A stretch of DNA of 64,000 nucleotides from Epiperipatus broadwayi (taxonomy: Eukaryota > Animalia > Onychophora): NCBI GenBank assembly GCA_028023455.1, contig JAQFVV010000011.1, forward strand, positions 3,968,001-4,032,000. Direction: 5' to 3'. Made by a program: the position numbers and the translations under genes. Shown here piece after piece: positions 57,200 through 64,000 of this stretch (positions are counted from its first letter, which is position 1; each line of letters begins with the position of its first letter). The notes beneath the pieces were generated by a model. It worked only from the letters and a program-made list of their open reading frames with translations, had not been told where the DNA came from and searched no databases.

Positions 57200-58400
57200 C
57201 AGCTTATACATTTTTTTTAAAGTACATCTATTACGAGAGTGAGAACACATTGCGTTAAAGATGGCGGAAGTATTTCAGATGTGATATGGATCCTTATTTT
57301 TCTCGATTTTTAAAAAGTGCAGAAAGGGTTTTTATGCATTGCACAATAATATTTTTTACTTACATAATAATGAAGCAATGATAAGATTTGTAAAACAATT
57401 TTTTATTAAATTACAAGAACTTTATAAAATAACATAAAAAAATTATAGGTAATAATTCTCTATAAACCTGTATTATCTATTTTTTAAAAATAACGATTTT
57501 TTTATTCATTAAATGTGCACGTGATAAAAAAAATTGTTCTACATGATTTACTGTAAGGTTAAAGTTCAGACTCTGTAGCTTAAGATCTCTGATCAAATCC
57601 GGTGATATCACTTCCGCCATTCAAAATTCTCATAAACTCTAGCGTTCTTTTCTGCATGACAAAAATTGAAATCATCAAATGATTTATTGCTCTACGTTCA
57701 GAAAATGTTTGAGCATCAGAAGAAACAAGACCTGAGCTACAGTCTAAGAGCGTTGGTCTCCAGAGACTATCATTTCAATCATTGCGCCAAAAGTAGAGTT
57801 GGACTGCAGGCCATGAATCTTAAATATGGGCCTTGTTTTTCAAAACTGACTACTTCAACATTGCACCAAAGAGAGCTGGACCACAATTCATGGTCTTTGA
57901 GTTTCAAAGCATGCTACTCTACCACTGCAGAGCAGGGCTTGATCCACAGACAGTGAAGTCCAGAATCACTGCGCCATATCACGTAGATTTAGTTAAAATT
58001 ATTTAATTTCTCGCAATCTATTATTCTCGACACACTAATGAATATTTTAAAAACAAACTACCAAATCATTTTTAAATACTTATAAAATATATTTTTAAAA
58101 ATATGGCATGGCATTTTATCTTTTATTTTTATCATGTAAATAATGTATAAAATTTATTTTGAGATGAAAATGTTTACAATAAATTTTATAATAATCGTAA
58201 TCTTTAAACAATTTCTCCAATGAAGAGTTTTATCTGAGTGATTTATCCAAGCAGCACGTGTTACAATTACAGTAAATTACCACTTATTTCGCAAAGTTAC
58301 CTGCAACCATTCATAATAAAGCGATAAATAAGATAATAAAATAAACACTTTTTTTTATCTTAAATTTATGAGCAGTTTGCATTAGAGAAAACTACCATCT
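57200..58400. promoter_or_regulatory. CpG-retaining domain with YY1/ETS-like ATGGCGGAAGT motifs (candidate promoter)
   Basis: AAGATGGCGGAAGT at ~57257-57270 (+) and ATGGCGGAAGTGA on minus from 57620, with local CG retention. Function is inferred. Confidence 0.35.
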
Positions 58401-61400
58401 GAATTATATAAATAGCATTTGAAGAGTCTATCCATAATAACAAAGGCAATTTTATACCAAATTTAGTTAGAAACATATTGTTTTAACAATTAATAATAAA
58501 AAAATGGATAAAATTATAATAATAAAACTGAGAAATTAAGTACTTAATTTCTTTGCTGATGTTGATTGGTTAATTAAATAAAGCAAAAGTAATAATTATT
58601 TATATATATATAAATTGGGAGTTGGGGGGGGGGGACTAAAAGCAAGTAATTGCACACCCACCTGCCTTCCCAGACTTGATGTTCGAGTCCTGACTGGGTA
58701 AACCACAACATTTCATCAGGACAACAGCTTGATATTTTTTTTACTGTAGCAGCCCATAAGTAATCCAGTTAGTCGTTCCATAATGGTTGCTAAATATATA
58801 TTTAGCTACTTCTAGCTAAAGGTAAAGGTCAATCGAGTGTTGGTATGCAAGCAGTGGTCTTCATTTTGGTGGAAGACTCATACTAATATATTGTGAATCT
58901 GCGGTTATTTTAATTTATAAAATTAAGTCATAAAAATGGAAATGGTGAAAGAAAAGAATCTTTTGTTATTATTCTATAAACTCAATAATAATAGCAGCTT
59001 TATTAGTAAGTATTTTTTACAGTGAATTGAATTACATAAATAATATATGTGAGCCTTTTTTTAAAAATTAAACATTTCATGATGAAGGCTTCTTTAACAT
59101 CCTACCATAGTGAAACAGTGAAGAAACCAGTATTCACTAGATTTCGTGGTAAAGGCTTAAGCAGTTTTTCATGATAGCTAAGAATGGCTAGATATCATTT
59201 ATTGAATATTGTAGAATGGCTAGTTAGAGTAGCTATGAGCAGTTATCTCAAAAAAAATTCCAAGCCTCATCACTAGGCCCAAATTCTACTCCAGATCATA
59301 GCCATGGCATGCGGTCATGCTTGTAACCATGAGGTCTTTCTTTAACTCACTTAAATATGCAAAAGTTTGCAAACTTGATTTGATTTAAAAAGCATTCAAC
59401 TAAAAAAAAAAACATTACACTACAAACTACTCTAACTATTATACAAGTAAAAATGAAACTCATTAGTTATTCAGAACAGAATGTAAGTAACATCATTTAA
59501 TTTGATCAACACAAATGTGGGCATTTCATACGCACACATAGCAGGATTGATATGGACTATTTATAGTCTATCCAATTTTACAATTCTGGAACATGGCAAT
59601 AAGTGTACAGTGAACCTTGCAAGCACTATTAATTAAATTTACAAACATGCTTGATGAAAGAAAAGGTCAAGCTGACAACTGAATCATCAATATTTTTAAT
59701 AACACTGCAAAAAAGTGAAGATTGTATGGAATCATGGATTACCTTCTTGAAATAGGTGTAGAAGTTTATGCAGAAATTCTAACAATACAGTTCCATTTAT
59801 TATCTGTATCAAAAGCAACCAGATATCATAAGTGATGACATTTCCACATAAAAATATTTTGTAGAAAAGTAAGGAAACTACTGAAGATACCAAATAAATC
59901 TTTCCCATAGAATATCATCCAGAAATTCAATGATTATCAATTTATAGACCGTAAATAACTAATCATTAAATTTTCCAAAACACTATTCTTAATATCATGA
60001 AGATCTGAACACATCTAATGTTGAAAATATTTGTAACTCATGAAGACATATTGAAAAGATAACCACAAAGTTTAATTTTGCCACTGACATTAAGGTCTTC
60101 ATTACTATTATTTTATGAAAAAGCTTCACTCTCTTTACACTAATTACTAATAACCTTATAATCTTGATGATAACAATGTCCAATTGCTCTTGTATCCTGA
60201 AAAAATAAGCTGTAGTTTAATATATGGAATTTAAAGAGACTTACATTCACCTGTAATTGCCATATTCTAACTATTTCTAATTGTTAATAGAATTTACTAC
60301 CAAAACATCTTAGGTATGTTCTGCACTTGATATAAAACATGACCTACTAGAAGACTTTTACTTTTTTTACATTTTAACTAATCCTTGAATATCATGAGAG
60401 CCATGTTTTTTCACCAGAACTGCCTGAAGGATCATTTGGTGTAATGAACTACTTTCAATACTTTGATCAGAAATTTAATTAGACTATGCTTGTGATGATG
60501 ATGTGTACAACCTTCCACCACAGTTGAAAATGTAGTTTCTATTAATGCTAAGTGATGTGTTCCAATATCCTGCTGATTGATTAAAGCAGCAAACAATTGC
60601 AACTTCTTAACTGGATGGTCAAAAAAAATTCCATTGATATAACAAGTTGATGGTATTTGCACTTCCTAGTAGAAGTTTTCTCTGGATTCTGTTTGTTCTT
60701 AATATCTGTTGCAGATCATGTGAATTTACTGACTCACAATTATTGATTTCTGTGCAACTACATCACTTGCATATGGAAGAGGCAATCTGTATTTTGAATT
60801 AGGTATGTGTATTTCTCCCAAAACAAATATTCTCTCTCCTATTTTATATCTACTTATATATACCTATAGATGAATAAAATAAACTGAATCATTTTAAAGT
60901 GTATAGATGCCAAAAATATTGTAATTAGAAACTGAAAATATTATGCAAAAAATTAATTCAAGATCAGATTGATATTTGTAAGGATATTAAAAAATAAGAT
61001 GGTACTTGAAATAGTCACAATATATAGGCCCACTATATACAGTTTATTTTGTGCTCTTTTTCAATTGTTATATCATTTTGCTATAAAAGTTATATTTATC
61101 CTGTTATTTAATTATACGTGGCTGTAAATAATTTATAACATTTGATTTTATAAACAAATTAGAACTGTAATTCCAAGTAATCGATGAGCACTAGATGATA
61201 AAGTACTGTAACATCTGCATTTCTAGGATCCCTGGCTTACCATGAGAGTTACAATTCCCAGCTATAACTAATGCATTAATGCATGTCTCAGCCATCTTTT
61301 AATTTCTTTATATTATTCAACCCAATAGCATGAAATTAAAAAAAAGTTTAAGTTTTGAAGCCATGTCAACTAGTTTATATAGTTATATAGATCTAATACC

Positions 61401-61890
61401 CGGTCAGTTGCTATAGATTTTAAGAGACTTGAGTTAATGCTAGCTATAGTCTCTACATACTTTTCAGCTAAATAAATAATGACTAGTAGTATCGTGAAAT
61501 TCTCAGGTGTAAATATATTGAGAGTGAAAATTTCTTCAACCACCATATAGGTAAATTTAGAAACGGATAACTATGATAATGAAATTTTAATCATTGTAGA
61601 TATAATAAAGCTGCAATGAAATTGGTTCAACTTTAATATTTCACAAACAAAATTTTATTTATGTATAGCAGTTGTAGAGTTATTTTCTCAAAGTATATAT
61701 ATGCAAGAGATTGTAAAAAAACCCAGAAACAGACCATATGTGAGATGAATGAATGACACTTATAATAAATAAATATATGAATCCCTGAACTTTTAATTTA
61801 TGATAAATACATTAAACAATGAATAATTGCAATTATGAGAGTCAATTTTATAAGTGAAAGTAATTGAAAGAGATTTTTTTATGTGTCAAA

Positions 61891-61962
61891 GTGTCAGCCA
61901 GGAAGCGAATCCCGAGACAACTGCTTGTAAGGCAGCTGTGCTAACCACTTGGCCACCAATGC
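61891..61962 (-). pseudogene. tRNA-Gly(TCC)-derived pseudogene/SINE head (anticodon position reads TAC)
   Basis: Minus strand GCATTGGTGGCCAAGTGGTTAGCACAGCTGCCTTACAAGCAGTTGTCTCGGGATTCGCTTCCTGGCTGACAC follows the metazoan tRNA-Gly(TCC) pattern (AGCTGCCTTCCAAGCAGTTGACCCGGGTTCGATTCCCGGCC). The 3' acceptor strand and T-loop have decayed. Confidence 0.72.
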
Positions 61963-63465
61963 TTGACAGAGATTTTATTCTAGCAATTAGAGCACTGTTG
62001 CAGTTCTCATTATTCAATGTTTTTAAATTAAAAGTAATTTTTATTCATATACTTAGTTATTATATATATATATATTGTTTATGATTTATAATAACTTTAT
62101 ATATATATATTGGACCAGTTAGGAGGCTTCTTCAAAATATGATTATGTAGGTATAGTATTTAAAAAATTTTTTAGATGTCAACTTGTTATTTCACTCTGA
62201 AATCTTAGAATTTGGAGCATACACATATAAAACAAATTAATCGCATGCATATTAGAAGTAAAGTGTTGACAGTTATAAATAAAATGCCAATTCCATAGAA
62301 GCCAAATTAACTTTCAACAACTACCTAAAAATTGTTTGTTGAAGGAAAATAACAAAATATAGAATAGCAAATATACCAAACTTTAGTTGTGAGACTGTTA
62401 TACCACCTATCATACATAGTAGTTTATTATATCCTACTGGAAACATACTTGTTATGCACATGTTGGAATTCTAACACCTATATTACAATGTTTGTGGATG
62501 ACATAGTAAATAGATGAATACTTATAGCTGATATTAAAAGGAATTATAATACTACAAGCTTATTAAATAACACAGGAATCGGTGATTATTAAAATTTACT
62601 TTTGGGTAGATTCATAGACATATAGAAAGTGGATTATATAATTGTCAACTACCTACCATATATATTTAAAGAAGTTAAAACATGAAAAGTAATGTGGAAT
62701 TGATTATATTGGATTATTCCAGGGACTGCAATCAAATTCTCTAGTGCTGTTCATTTCATTTTGAATATCCACATATACCAATTTGACTACTTTACCCAGT
62801 ATAGTAAATATTTGAATATTTAATGTTTCAATGAGGTCTTCAAGTTTTTGATTTTAATTTTATTTGAATTATGTTATATGCAAGTGATAAAGAATGGTTT
62901 CATGTATAGTGTTATATAAAGTAGGCAATCGCATTTACACTTTCAATTAAAGGAAGCTCCTTTAAATCACAGATAAATAATTATTTAATGATATTTGTCA
63001 AGATAACTTATTTAGGTTGAACCCCAATACAGAGAATAATAAGTTATAATCCTTAATACCAAATTATTGTCAGCAAAATTAAGCTGAACCCGTATCTTCC
63101 TTTAATTCAAGTTAAGCACCTTGTCTAACATCACCCATAGTGTAGCTGTTATAAGCCAATGTTATTTTAATATACAATTTCATGATGTAAATTCCAGTTA
63201 TCAATGTAAATAAAATAGTTATAATTAAATTAAAATTCTAGGTTTAGTTATTTCATTTTATATTACTCAGATACACATGTATAATTTATATTTATTTTTT
63301 ATTTATGTAATACATTTTATTTTATATTAATTCTTTTATTTGGGTTTGATTATTTATTTCAAGTTTTTAATATATATATTTTATGTTGTTTTTAGTTTTG
63401 TTATTGTTTAAAAAAATTTTTTATGGTGTTATTATATAGTTGTTTTTTTATTTTGTTCATTATAT

Positions 63466-63540
63466 CATAGCTCTGAAGAAGACTGCAGGTCAGTCAAAAC
63501 GTAGGTGTATGTACAAATAAAGTTTGCTAAAAAGTGTTTG
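63466..63540 (+). ncRNA. PLE-type hammerhead-like motif with AATAAA tail (fifth family)
   Basis: CATAGCT-CTGAAGA-A-GACTG-CAGGT-CAGTC-AAAA-C-GTA-GGTGTATG, then AAATAAAG. Stem II is a perfect 5 bp, stem III is the palindrome ACGT, and AAAA is consistent with CpG-decayed GAAA. Confidence 0.55.
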
Positions 63541-64000
63541 AAGTTTGGATAAATTGTATTTATATTTATTAATAGTAGATTCAGTCATAAGAGCTAGCAG
63601 AATTTACTAACCTTATAAATTCAGATTGTGATACTGTGAGTGAGGCAGTTAGGTTTTCATAAATGCTTATGACTTTATTGTCATCAAGCGTAATTCCATA
63701 GTCTCAAATAAATTGCATAAATATTAATTGAGTCTCTAGCCCATGAGCCATATAAATTACAGATTTCTTGCATAGGTCTCTCATTTTAGAATATATATGA
63801 GATAGATGTTTTTAAATCAACTTTAACCCATCTTATACCTACTTCTCTATATCATTCCATCACAATATATAAGAACATAAAAGTCAGTTTTGTAACGTAT
63901 CATTGATTTTAATATAATAAGTTTTTGCACATTATAAAGCAATTTTTAAGCCAAGAAAGATATTTTATAAGTTCACTTTCTGGAAATTTATAAGCAAAGC

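Noticed and set aside
57666-57956. 96-aa plus-strand ORF as a gene
   Set aside because: It has a non-ATG start and no recognisable domain, and it overlaps decayed tRNA/SINE-like sequence.
58640-58900. SINE with B-box GTTCGAGTCC
   Set aside because: There is no convincing A-box and no second copy in the window. The same applies to B-box-like words near 46555 and 50605.
61891-61962. Functional tRNA-Val(TAC)
   Set aside because: The body is tRNA-Gly(TCC)-derived, the acceptor stem does not pair, and the T-loop is altered.

Overview
Very AT-rich eukaryotic DNA (GC roughly 25-30% by eye, not computed) that looks like metazoan intergenic or intronic sequence. It is strongly CpG-depleted except in three domains (~10.7-14.4 kb, ~27.5-28.1 kb, ~57.2-58.4 kb). 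No intact host protein-coding gene could be identified, and most ORF-track entries are noise or pieces of decayed transposons. Recognisable elements are a mariner remnant, a near full-length but dead Tx1/L1-clade LINE (ORF1 zinc knuckles, APE, RT, C-terminal CCHC), RTE-like and other LINE fragments, several MITE/foldback elements, tRNA-derived SINE heads, and a 5'-truncated Penelope-like element (PLE) with a GIY-YIG ORF. The main observation is about 16 recognisable minimal type-I hammerhead ribozyme (HHR)-like motifs, spread over five sequence families. Two are multi-copy short non-coding repeat families (A and B), one is a tRNA-headed SINE-like family (C), one is the PLE itself, and one is a lone PLE-type tail. 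Families A, B and C each occur as inverted pairs with their 3' tails pointing outward, family B also occurs in ~445-490 bp tandem units, and family A shares its HHR stem I with the neighbouring PLE. Together this suggests a set of PLE-dependent, retrozyme- or Sm-alpha-like non-autonomous elements. Ribozyme activity, genome-wide copy number and novelty are inferences that have not been tested.
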